From an uncultured Planctomycetia bacterium (lineage in GTDB: Bacteria > Omnitrophota > Gorgyraeia > Tantalellales > Tantalellaceae), in assembly GCA_964457005.1 (NCBI GenBank), contig CAYWDJ010000001.1:1-60482 (forward strand): 60,482 nt of DNA, in the 5' to 3' direction. The first letter of the stretch is position 1. Every line of letters begins with the position of its first letter. This document shows positions 1 to 9,400 of the stretch, in pieces. The translations under genes were made by a program, and so were the position numbers. The notes under the pieces were generated by a model that did not search any database, was not told the origin of the DNA, and saw nothing but the letters and a program-made list of their open reading frames with translations.

Positions 1-283
1 AATCTAACTCGTCCCCTCCTACCTTCTTGGCTTTATATGCTGCCCCGGAAAAAGGATCTCTCTTCCAATAAATATCTTCCTCTAACGAGTCTGCTTCCGA
101 CGTCTTTTGCGGCATTATCGCTTTTGCAGTCACCGAAGTCAGCTTAGTTTCCTCAGCCTGTTTCTGATACTGCTTCTTCTTAGCCACCTTTTTCCTGACC
201 GACTGACAGCTATTAACACCAACAGCCAAAAACACCACTACCAGAATACCTGTTAGCATTATCTCTTTTCTTGTTTTATCCAT
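1..283 (-). CDS. Partial CDS (N-terminus only, continues past the left edge): lipoprotein-like protein downstream of pilO, possibly PilP-type
   Basis: Own translation from ATG at 283; the ORF track omits it because there is no stop in the window. MDKTRKEIMLTGILVVVFLAVGVNSCQS... gives a signal peptide plus a lipobox-like Cys, followed later by WKRDPFSG. The frame is open to position 1 and starts 3 nt after the pilO-like stop. Confidence 0.4.
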   Translation of the reverse strand, partial: MDKTRKEIMLTGILVVVFLAVGVNSCQSVRKKVAKKKQYQKQAEETKLTSVTAKAIMPQKTSEADSLEEDIYWKRDPFSGAAYKAKKVGGDELD

Positions 284-286
284 ATA

Positions 287-850
287 CTATTCCGATTCCT
301 CCAGGGTATACGCTAAAAGACCCAATTTAATATCCAGCGATACCATGCTTGTTTTTGCTTGTACGAAAAAATTATTAAATCTTAAAAAATACGGGCTTTT
401 GTTCCTCAATACATCTAAATATTCCCCAAACGCCCTAAAATTGGACTGCATGACCATTGATATCTCATACTCTTTACAAACATACCCCACTACCGGGTTT
501 TCTTGTACAAATATGTGTTGAGGCCCTGCTGAAATATCTTTAACAACGATACCCAGATCAATGGCTGTGTCGGTCAACATAGTAACAAGTTCCTCTTTTG
601 AAGGCATACTTGCCTCATAAAGAGCTACCTCTTCACTAAACGCAACGTACGCTTCACCAACATCTCTGCCTAACATCAATTTGGTAATACGGTCTATACT
701 CTCTTCTACTTGCTCCAGCGTTTTTTTTGTAGTGTTAAGCCTCTGCTGCTGGGGCAAACAAAACCCCAAATAAAAGATAATGAAAATTGTCGCACCTATG
801 GCCGTAATAACGATAAGTTTTTTCTTTAGGAGTTCTTCCAAAATTTTCAT
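287..850 (-). CDS. pilO: Type IV pilus assembly protein PilO-like
   Basis: 187 aa with a short N-terminus, one TM helix (LIVITAIGATIFIIFYLGFCL), a coiled-coil stretch and a C-terminal alpha/beta domain. It lies directly after a PilN-motif protein. Confidence 0.65.
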   Translation of the reverse strand: MKILEELLKKKLIVITAIGATIFIIFYLGFCLPQQQRLNTTKKTLEQVEESIDRITKLMLGRDVGEAYVAFSEEVALYEASMPSKEELVTMLTDTAIDLGIVVKDISAGPQHIFVQENPVVGYVCKEYEISMVMQSNFRAFGEYLDVLRNKSPYFLRFNNFFVQAKTSMVSLDIKLGLLAYTLEESE

Positions 851-855
851 GTTTA

Positions 856-1734
856 CTATTTCCTTAAATTGTAATTAATTGCAAACCTTGCGGTTTCAAT
901 GCCTTCGCTTTTATCACTTTTTATCGCTACCAGGTCAGCATCTGAAACCATCTTATAACTTTCCAGATCTCTCACAAAACGAGCTAAAATATCGCCGGCG
1001 TCAGTTTTGTCTGTTTTGATCAACCCGATGATCTTCCCATTCATAGATTCTTGATTCAGAGTAAATTCCTTGATAAACATTTTTTCAGGTATTATTTTAC
1101 TGAAGATCTTCAAGATCATTGCAGCTCTCAATTCGCCGCTTTTGATCTGTGCCCCTAACTGGGCTAACGCGCTTTTCTGCTCGTTAAGCATTTTATGCCC
1201 CGAGATAGTGCCCAGTTCGCTAACCGCGGATGTAAGCCGTTTTTCATAATTCTCATTCTCAGCATGAGTAAAAATGTAGATCAGGACCAGGACAGCCGTC
1301 ATAAAAATACTTGTCATTCTCAACGCGATCTTTGCGAATTCTTCCATCCTTCTCATCTTATATTCCCAGGGAAGAAGATTTACTTTTCCCCCAACACTCA
1401 GCGACAATCCAAGGAGCCCATACATCCCAAACAGTGAAGCATCGGCGGATCCCGCCGGCATTCCCACCTTATCTTCAAGATAAAGCGGAGCAACCTCTGC
1501 CGCCAGATCCACATTCAAGTACTCGCTTAACACATGGACAGAGCTGCTCAACCCCGCGATATACAGCTTTTTAACTTGAAGCTCTGAAGATTCATTGTAG
1601 TAGTCCAAAGAAAGTTTTATGTCCTCAGAGAGCCTGTTTATCATCCTGTGGCATAAACTCGTAGAAAGCCTTATTTCCTGAACTATTTTCTCCGCAGACT
1701 GCTTAAAGAGGTTTATTTCACCGGATTCATCCAT
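856..1734 (-). CDS. pilN: Fusion of a PilM C-terminal fragment (about 115 aa) to PilN
   Basis: The canonical PilN N-terminal motif VNLLPWEY sits at about aa 118, followed by a TM helix and a periplasmic domain. The preceding 115 aa match the PilM C-terminal pattern (IKLSLDYYN...KKLYIAGLSS...GLLGLSL). An AGGGGG SD lies 9 nt upstream. Confidence 0.6.
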   Translation of the reverse strand: MDESGEINLFKQSAEKIVQEIRLSTSLCHRMINRLSEDIKLSLDYYNESSELQVKKLYIAGLSSSVHVLSEYLNVDLAAEVAPLYLEDKVGMPAGSADASLFGMYGLLGLSLSVGGKVNLLPWEYKMRRMEEFAKIALRMTSIFMTAVLVLIYIFTHAENENYEKRLTSAVSELGTISGHKMLNEQKSALAQLGAQIKSGELRAAMILKIFSKIIPEKMFIKEFTLNQESMNGKIIGLIKTDKTDAGDILARFVRDLESYKMVSDADLVAIKSDKSEGIETARFAINYNLRK

Positions 1735-1964
1735 ATAGGGCGCCCCCTTTTGAGGGCCTCATTCTCAGTGTCCTCATAAAATGGAGGAAGTTTTCCCGCA
1801 TCGATCGGTTTAAATCTGGACAAGGCTGAAAGCGTATTTTTATTTGTCGCCTCAGTTAATACCTCAAGGCCGTAAGACATCTCATTCACCAGAAACAGAC
1901 ACAAAACTACCGTTGCGATAGCTCTGATCCAAATCCTATGTCGTCTGTACAATAACCCTGTCAT
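1713..1964 (-). CDS. Hypothetical small membrane protein (83 aa), first gene of the pilus operon
   Basis: ATG preceded by an AAGGGG SD; one hydrophobic helix (AIATVVLCLFLV); overlaps the next gene by 22 nt. I recognise no family. Confidence 0.4.
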   Translation of the reverse strand: MTGLLYRRHRIWIRAIATVVLCLFLVNEMSYGLEVLTEATNKNTLSALSRFKPIDAGKLPPFYEDTENEALKRGRPIWMNPVK

Positions 1965-2119
1965 GTATGGTTTTCCCCTTGTCGATAATCGTTATTTAGT
2001 GCTATATTATAACATTATTGCCGTAATTATGCCAACAAAAACCTTGTTATCTAGCAAAAATCGCTTTTCCCCTACTAATCTACTGTAAAATAGCCGTGAT
2101 ATAGGTTATACTGTGATAC

Positions 2120-3100
2120 ATGAATAATCTTGACCAAACGCCACATTTCGCTTCACTGACCCATGAGATGATAATCAGGATCGCCGAAGAGGAACTTAAT
2201 ATGCCATTAACCGGACTTTGCCGGCAATACAACAGCTACATTAACCGTATATTTGAGCTTGCCGCCGAAGACGGAACGGGGTTTGTCATAAAATTCTACC
2301 GACCGGGCAGATGGTCAAAACAAGCCCTGCAGGATGAACATGATTTTCTCCTGGAACTCTCGGGATCCGAGATCCCGGTCATTGCCCCGCTCCCGCTAAA
2401 GGACTCTAATACCATAGGCAGGTCCGGAGACATCATGTTAGCTATTTTTCAAAAAAAGGGAGGCCGTAATTCTGACGAGTTCTCTGTAGAACAATGGCTG
2501 GAACTGGGACGCCTGATAGCAAGAGTGCACAATATCGGTGCCCTGCGCGCGCCAAAAGACCGCATCACGCTTACTCCGGCAAGTGTTACACAAGACCACA
2601 TAAATTATATCCTTGAACATGATCTTATCCCCAAAGAACTTTCAGGCAGGTTCAGAGATATATCAGAAGAACTTATTAGCCTCATAGACCCGCTTTTTAA
2701 GGATAAGCCGCTTATCCGCATACATGGTGACTGCTATTCGGCTAATATCATACACCGTCCCGACGAATCTTTTTATCTAATTGATTTTGATGACATGGCC
2801 ACAGGCACGCCGATTCATGATGTATGGATGCTTCTACCTGGATACTTAAAAGATTCACGTCCCGAACTGAACCTTTTCATTGAAGGATATGAGTGTTTTC
2901 GGAATTTTGATCGGAATGATCTAAAACTTATTGAGCCGCTGAGAGCTATGCGCTATATACATTTCACAACATGGTGCGCCCATCAGGTATCCGACAAAGG
3001 TTTTACCAACCTCGCCCCCGGCTGGGGCACGAACCAGTACTGGCAAACTGAAATAAACGACCTTACCGAACAGATCTCAAGAATAAAGCATACGATATAA
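2120..3100 (+). CDS. srkA: Stress-response Ser/Thr kinase SrkA (YihE/RdoA), aminoglycoside-phosphotransferase fold
   Basis: Collinear with E. coli YihE by eye: YNSYINRIFEL, FVIKFYRPGRW, HGDCYSANIIH, LIDFDD, IEPLRAMRYIHFTTW. Confidence 0.85.
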   Translation: MNNLDQTPHFASLTHEMIIRIAEEELNMPLTGLCRQYNSYINRIFELAAEDGTGFVIKFYRPGRWSKQALQDEHDFLLELSGSEIPVIAPLPLKDSNTIGRSGDIMLAIFQKKGGRNSDEFSVEQWLELGRLIARVHNIGALRAPKDRITLTPASVTQDHINYILEHDLIPKELSGRFRDISEELISLIDPLFKDKPLIRIHGDCYSANIIHRPDESFYLIDFDDMATGTPIHDVWMLLPGYLKDSRPELNLFIEGYECFRNFDRNDLKLIEPLRAMRYIHFTTWCAHQVSDKGFTNLAPGWGTNQYWQTEINDLTEQISRIKHTI

Positions 3101-3132
3101 GAGTTGGCATGGGGTTTGAACGATCAAAAAGA

Positions 3133-3624
3133 TCATTTCTCAGGAAACAAAACTGTGGTTTTATGCACGAACAGGGCCCGGACCTTATCCCAGAATTCTC
3201 CTCCCAGAACAAAGAAGCTAAATACAAACAAGACGTCTCCCGCCACTCCTAACATTATCTGGTTTGCCTCATACCCCGGCACCAAATGTCCGACATAAGG
3301 CATTACCCACCCGAAGAGTATAGGCAACATGAACATAATAAGTCCGATACGATACCGTGCAAGACTAACCGTTTCGGGGGGAGCACATTTTTTCAGCCAA
3401 CTGAAAATAATGCCCTTCAGCTGCTCATACCCTGATTTACCGAGAACCGCAACGGCACAGACTATCCCTATCTGAGGGATAACAAAGAAGAACAAGGTGT
3501 TTAGTACCGTTTTTGCCGTTGACGAAAGTCCTGAAGCAGCCACGAATGGGATCAAGAGAGTCGTGGCCTGTCCTAATACAAAAATGGTTACACCTGTAAC
3601 AAAGCGGCTTTTTGATATCGTCAT
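3133..3624 (-). CDS. Hypothetical integral membrane protein (about 4 TM)
   Basis: 163 aa and strongly hydrophobic, with four helix-length segments. No recognisable motif. Confidence 0.5.
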   Translation of the reverse strand: MTISKSRFVTGVTIFVLGQATTLLIPFVAASGLSSTAKTVLNTLFFFVIPQIGIVCAVAVLGKSGYEQLKGIIFSWLKKCAPPETVSLARYRIGLIMFMLPILFGWVMPYVGHLVPGYEANQIMLGVAGDVLFVFSFFVLGGEFWDKVRALFVHKTTVLFPEK

Positions 3625-3676
3625 TTCCTATATCTCCTGTTTACTGTCAACAACAACCCTCTGGCAAGACCATAGT

Positions 3677-5212
3677 TTAAGCTTTTTCAATAATATCGAG
3701 AGCGGCTTTTATGCCATCCGCAGCGCTTGATATGATCCCGCCGGACCACCCGCTCCCTTCTCCAACAACATAGAGGTTTTCAAACCCGTCACAGATCCCG
3801 TCTTTTTCCCGGATCGCCTGAACCGGAGCTGAACTTTTACTATCAAGTCCCATAATGTTTCCTTTATCAAAACCCTTTATCCTCTTGCTAAACTCCTTAA
3901 GCCCTTCTACGATCGCATCGGTGACCTTCTCCGGCAAAAGCTCCCACAAAGACGCGGGTTCCAGCCCCAAAGGATAACTTGTTTCACAAACCCTTTCAGT
4001 TCCTTTTTTTGCAATAAAATCATGGATAGTACAAGACGGAGCTTTAAAGCTGTTCGAATAGTTATAAAATTTCTCTTCAAGCTCTCCCAGCCAATCAAGC
4101 GCTTCCACGGGAGATACTTCCCTCCCTGTCAAGCTATCCAAATTTACCCCTGCTATGCAAGCTGAATTCGAGAATTTTCCGGCCCTGCTATAAAAGCTCA
4201 TACCGTTCACTATATTTCTATTTCCATATGCGGTTGAGGGAACAACAATGCCACCGGGACACATACAAAATGTATACACAGGCAATCCTCCCGCGCCGGC
4301 TGAAGTAAGTCTATATTCTGCCGCCTTAACTCCCTTCAGACATTTCGTACCCCACTGGGCTTCGTTTATGATCTCTTGAGGATGCTCTACCCGGCAGCCT
4401 ATGGCAAAATTCTTCGACTGGAACTTTACCCCTCTGGTTATCAGCATCCTGTATGTTTCATGAGCGGCATTCCCCCCCGCGAAAACGAACTTGTCCGCTT
4501 CCACTGGTCCATCCGATGTTACAGCTTCGCAGACTTTTCCATCTTTGGTTTTTATATCTTCAAGGCATGTCTCAAAAAGTATCTTTCCGCCTATCTCTTC
4601 AAACTGTTTCCTGAGAACCTCAATGATCTTTCTAAGGTTGTCACTTCCGAGGTGAGGATGCGCCATATATTTTATTACTTCCGGCGCACCGGCGTTAATA
4701 TAGCTGGATATTATAAACTCTCTTTCCAGTGATATGCGCTTGGACCTGGATGTAAGCTTACCGTCGGAAAAAGTGCCCGCGCCCCCCTCTCCAAAAGAAT
4801 AATTGCTTATGGGATCGAACTCTCCCGTTTCCTCGAATTTCCTGATACCTTCCGCTCTTTTCCGGACCTCCGACCCTCTTTCTATCAAGGTCGTATTGAA
4901 TCCGGCTTTTTGAAGAACGAGCGCGCAAAAGAATCCGGCAGGCCCGCTGCCGACAACCATGACCCTTTCTTTTGTTTTTCTGTATGGAATATCTAATGCT
5001 GGAGATGCCGCTGGAGGTGCCCCTTTAATGTGGTCTGACGCGACCGATACCGATATCTGCCAGTGAATATTGTTCTTTTTCCTGGCATCAAGGCTTTTCT
5101 TCTTGATCTGCCATGAAAATTCTTTTATTTTCAGCTCTTTTTCTAGTTTCTTTCTAAGCTGTTCCTCGGAATAATCGGTCGGTAATTTTAAAATAACTTC
5201 TTTATATCCCAC
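3677..5212 (-). CDS. FAD-dependent oxidoreductase of the COG2509 type
   Basis: Dinucleotide-binding motif VMVVGSGPAGFFCALVL...ERG after an N-terminal ~80-aa domain. Length and layout are typical of uncharacterised FAD-dependent dehydrogenases. Confidence 0.7.
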   Translation of the reverse strand: MGYKEVILKLPTDYSEEQLRKKLEKELKIKEFSWQIKKKSLDARKKNNIHWQISVSVASDHIKGAPPAASPALDIPYRKTKERVMVVGSGPAGFFCALVLQKAGFNTTLIERGSEVRKRAEGIRKFEETGEFDPISNYSFGEGGAGTFSDGKLTSRSKRISLEREFIISSYINAGAPEVIKYMAHPHLGSDNLRKIIEVLRKQFEEIGGKILFETCLEDIKTKDGKVCEAVTSDGPVEADKFVFAGGNAAHETYRMLITRGVKFQSKNFAIGCRVEHPQEIINEAQWGTKCLKGVKAAEYRLTSAGAGGLPVYTFCMCPGGIVVPSTAYGNRNIVNGMSFYSRAGKFSNSACIAGVNLDSLTGREVSPVEALDWLGELEEKFYNYSNSFKAPSCTIHDFIAKKGTERVCETSYPLGLEPASLWELLPEKVTDAIVEGLKEFSKRIKGFDKGNIMGLDSKSSAPVQAIREKDGICDGFENLYVVGEGSGWSGGIISSAADGIKAALDIIEKA

Positions 5213-5260
5213 TTACTTCCTTCTTTGTTTTACACACACATGCTTTTGGCAGGGACGAGT

Positions 5261-5797
5261 TTAGACGATATCTTCCAAATATTCGAACTTGTACGAGGCT
5301 TCGGAGAATTTTTCGTAAAATTTTTCTTCTTGAAAATGTTTAGGCGCGGTATCTACCAGTTTCGAGAAACCTTCCCAGATACCGAACCATCCCAGCGGCA
5401 TCAGAACTATACCTAATAGCGCTATATGCAGTTCATTTAAAAGCTTGAAATACGTGATAATCGTGAGTGCCGCAAGGTTTGTCACGCCAAAAAGGACAAA
5501 TATCGCACCCTTTGTCCTGATCGACCTAAGGTCCTTCCGGCGCTGTAGATATTGATACTTGAAATCGCGCTTAAGCCTCTGTATCACCATTTTTTCGGCA
5601 TTGTCGTCTCTTAGGGCAATAGGCGCGCAGATAGTAACAGAGAACGTATCACGCCTTGCCTCCCGATACCTTTTCTTAAGTTCAGAGACAAAGTCCTCCG
5701 AAAGCAATCTGTCTCCCAGCGGCCTGGGGTCAAAATCCGAAAAAATATCATCCCAGTTATCGATGATGATAGATATGTTTTTCCTTGTTTTATTCAT
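5261..5797 (-). CDS. Hypothetical membrane protein (178 aa, two C-terminal TM helices)
   Basis: ORF in an operon position between pdaD and the FAD protein. No recognisable motif. Confidence 0.45.
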   Translation of the reverse strand: MNKTRKNISIIIDNWDDIFSDFDPRPLGDRLLSEDFVSELKKRYREARRDTFSVTICAPIALRDDNAEKMVIQRLKRDFKYQYLQRRKDLRSIRTKGAIFVLFGVTNLAALTIITYFKLLNELHIALLGIVLMPLGWFGIWEGFSKLVDTAPKHFQEEKFYEKFSEASYKFEYLEDIV

Positions 5798-5801
5798 AAG
5801 A

Positions 5802-6386
5802 TCAAGTCACAAATACTGCCAACGCGATCACCGTGACCCAAAATCCGTTTTTATCACCCTTAGCGGTCTGGCAGATATTATGTGTTTTAAATATGTTTCC
5901 ACTGGCCCTGTATACCTGTTTTCTCTCATCCCATGCCTTATCAACATCAAAGGGTATTCCCAGGGTAGTTGCAAGCATGGTAGCGGCAAGATCTTCGGCG
6001 TAATCCCCGGATACTTTTTTGTCTTCACCATAAGCATGATGCTCGGAAAGATAACCGTAATGCTGCCGGTCCTTTGGCATTGCCACCCCGACAGCCGAGG
6101 AGACAAGCCAGCCCGGCTCATTGGTCTTGTTCCTTGCCATGACACAAAAAGTTATCTGTCCGGGTTTTAAAAGGTCCAGGCCCGCCTTTTTTGATATTGT
6201 TTTACACTTTGGCGGCAAGATACTTGAAACACACACCAGATTCATTTTTTCTATACCCGCTTGCCTTAAAGCCCTCTCGAAAGAAGCCAGTTTATCCTTG
6301 TGAACCCCAACCCCTTTTGTAAAAAATATCTTTGAAGGTATTATATTAACCCTAGCTCTTCCATCCCCTGTTAAATTTTTTATCAC
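5802..6386 (-). CDS. pdaD: Pyruvoyl-dependent arginine decarboxylase
   Basis: [39 protein letters not shown] carries the family pattern, including the VSS self-cleavage serine region. The ~190-aa size fits. Confidence 0.8.
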   Translation of the reverse strand: MIKNLTGDGRARVNIIPSKIFFTKGVGVHKDKLASFERALRQAGIEKMNLVCVSSILPPKCKTISKKAGLDLLKPGQITFCVMARNKTNEPGWLVSSAVGVAMPKDRQHYGYLSEHHAYGEDKKVSGDYAEDLAATMLATTLGIPFDVDKAWDERKQVYRASGNIFKTHNICQTAKGDKNGFWVTVIALAVFVT

Positions 6387-6410
6387 AGAATGTATTCTCT
6401 TGTCTTCATA

Positions 6411-9400
6411 TTATTGGGTACTAATATTCTTTGAACCGTCGGTCTGAACGGCGTACCTAAAGACTATCGTCGCGCTGACCGCAGGGACAACGGTAATACT
6501 TGTAACCTCCATCTTACCGTAATAACCTTCCTGGGTGATAAAAACAAAAACATCACCGGCAACCATATTAGCCGCAAAAACCGCATAACCACTTAACGGC
6601 GCAATATCCAGGCTGTCAAAAGTAGAAGTTCCCGTGACATCCTGTATCTGGGCTGAGCCAAGGGCGTTAAATCTGTTTGTCAGAACATAATTAAAATCAC
6701 CCGCATTGAGCGCGACCTGGGAACCGGATGAGAAATCAAACCCTTTAGGATTTCCCGCCGTGTTCATTACAGAACCGTTCTTTGTCTGAAGCGACGAACT
6801 TACCCCTCCGGACTCTTCGGTCTCTCCCGCCCCGGGCTGGACGGGAGTACGCGTGATCTTGGCCACACGTATTTCCTCAACGGTCGCCGACGGAAGACCG
6901 CTAGACTCGGCTACTTCCGGAGACAATGTCGCGTATATAAGGTTCCCCCTGAGATTTACTATCTTCATTTTCCCGTCTTCCAGCGCGAAAACCATATTTG
7001 TCCGGCCTGAAGTCCTTTGCTGCTGAAGAGTAGAACGTGGGGTCTGGGTCTTATCCCACTTCGTCTCGGCGGTAAAATTCCCTCCCCCCTGATCTATCCT
7101 ATTTATAAAAATAACAAGCCTTATGTCGGTAAACATATCAAAGTCGAACCTGATACCTTCCATAAGGTATGTTTTATTCCCGAGAAAATCGCGTGAAATA
7201 TAATCACTAAAAAGCGGGACATTCTTTGCTTCATAGGCTTCCGATATCTTTCTTACAGTCTCAGTTATGAGCTGGGAATAATCTATGTCTTTGTACATAA
7301 TACCGTTTATATTTGGAAACACCTTTATCGGGATCTCGTCACCGTCAACAGTAATTACTTTTATCAGAACCTGATACAGCCTGTTCGGGATAGGAACGAA
7401 CTGATGCCTTATGCTCTGATTCCGGGCAAGTTCATTCCATGTCCTTCCGTCATTTTCGGATATAAGAATTTTTTGAACCCTTTGCATTGTGGAAATCCTG
7501 CCGGTGATCTCAATATATCCCTGTCTCATTTCAGCATTTGTAAGGATCACATCTCCCGAAGCGTCCCTGAGGCTTATGGTGTTTACCCTTGCGTCATATA
7601 CCTGATAGAACCCGCTTAGCTCTCCGGGTGTGACTCTCACGCCCAGTCCACCGGTCCCACCCGGCCCCTGCGGCGCTCCCCCCGCCGGGCCTTTCGGTTT
7701 GTCCCCAGGACCATCAGGACCGCCGCCAGGGACTTGCGGCCCAGTCGGTGTCTTTGCCTGTTTTTTCAGGTATTCCTCGCGTTTATCCAGCACATCCTGA
7801 AGCTTATCCAGGATAGATAAATATTTTTTGCCGAGCGAATTATTATAATCGCCTCCGTATCCTTTGTAACTCTGCGTGGCTGCGTATTTAACTCTGGTAT
7901 CTGAAGAAGTGATCACTCCGGCCATACCATTGATCTGGCTTATTTCTATTATCGCCTGTTCGAATTTTATATCGCTGTCATTATATTTGAGTTTACTTAC
8001 CACTCCATCAAGGTCATTCACTGTGCTTTTCCACAGGACGAGCGTACCGTCCTGGGAACGGGCTATAACATTTTCTTCTGGCGCCGGACTGACATCAGAG
8101 AGGACAAGTATCTTTTTGAGCTGCTCGTAAACCTTAGGCGCGCTCTGCCTGATATACTGATACGCGGGATAACTATTCCAACCGCTTTGCACCTTCTGGA
8201 GATAGCTGTCGAGGTCGCTCTTGAGCATGTAGTGCTTGTAGGGTGTGTACGCTATGGCCATGCCTTCCTCTTCCTTGAACACAAGCACATAGTTCGGAGA
8301 ATAACCATCCCCAATATCCTTTATTATTTTTTTCTTTACCTGGTCATCCAAGAACCACCTTATCTCACGTATCTTAGACTCGAGCCAGTCGGCGTCATTC
8401 TGCCGGGCAAGGGTGTCCGAATGGGCTACCCTCAGATATGCCTCTATATCCCCTTCCATCCTGGGTTTGAGCTTGGACACACCTTTCGCGGCCATGTCCA
8501 GCTGCCGCGTGCCATCACTTATCGCTTTGGCCTCTTCCTCTCCCACCAATACCTTAATTTCCAGGATCTCACGGGACGTAGGTTCGGGAAGCTCCTGCCA
8601 TCTTTTTATAGCCATGTCCCATCCCTCGAACCAGGCCTGGTAATTCTGAATAACGGACCTTATTTCAACATTTTCGGTCGTTATGCCGTTCCTTATGGCA
8701 TCGGCTCTCGACTGCATATCCCCCAAAAGGCTGCCAAGATCCTTTGACTCCGTAAAAGGATAGTTTGCCGCATACTTGTCAGACTCGATCTTCGCTATGG
8801 CAGAGGTCATGGTGGTCATAGCCCTTTCCACCGTTTCATCCATCGAATAGCTGTAAGCGGTAGCCTTTCCTGACACTTCCTTCATGGGAAGATCATTTTC
8901 TATCTCGTTCACATTTCCTATAAACTGATTATACTGGTCCCTGCGGGTATCCCTGAGATGTTCGAATTCTTCTATCATCGTCATGCAATCGGCTACAAGC
9001 ACTTCTATCTTCGCCTTGTCATTAAAATGAAGCACAGCTACAACCTCCCGGGCCATATTATAAGCCTCAAAACATATGGATTTTTGCCTGTTCTCCTTTT
9101 CCAGTAATTCCTTGGTCACCTTCTTCTTGTCCATGTTACTCTGGAACTGCGGAATGAAAGCGTTCAGTACCTGCTTATGCCTTGCCGCCTGATCTGGCGG
9201 GGTGCGGGGGCCTATCTCCTCGGGGGCCTTGTTGTCACTAAGCGCCTTCAGGTACCTTTTTCTGATATCATAATATTCCTTCACCAGCATTTTTTCTTCT
9301 TTCTTCAGTTCCGCTATCCTGTCATCATAACTCTTATCCAGCTTATCTTGCGTCTCTTTTAGCGGCGTCATAAGCTTGCCTCCACCGATGTAATAATTTC

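Noticed and set aside
8187-8747. 186-aa plus-strand ORF, with similar cases at 5559..6170, 9637..10071, 45700..46299 and 46860..47342
   Set aside because: All are antisense shadows of long minus-strand genes. They lack an SD and have odd composition. One spans a gene boundary (5559..6170).
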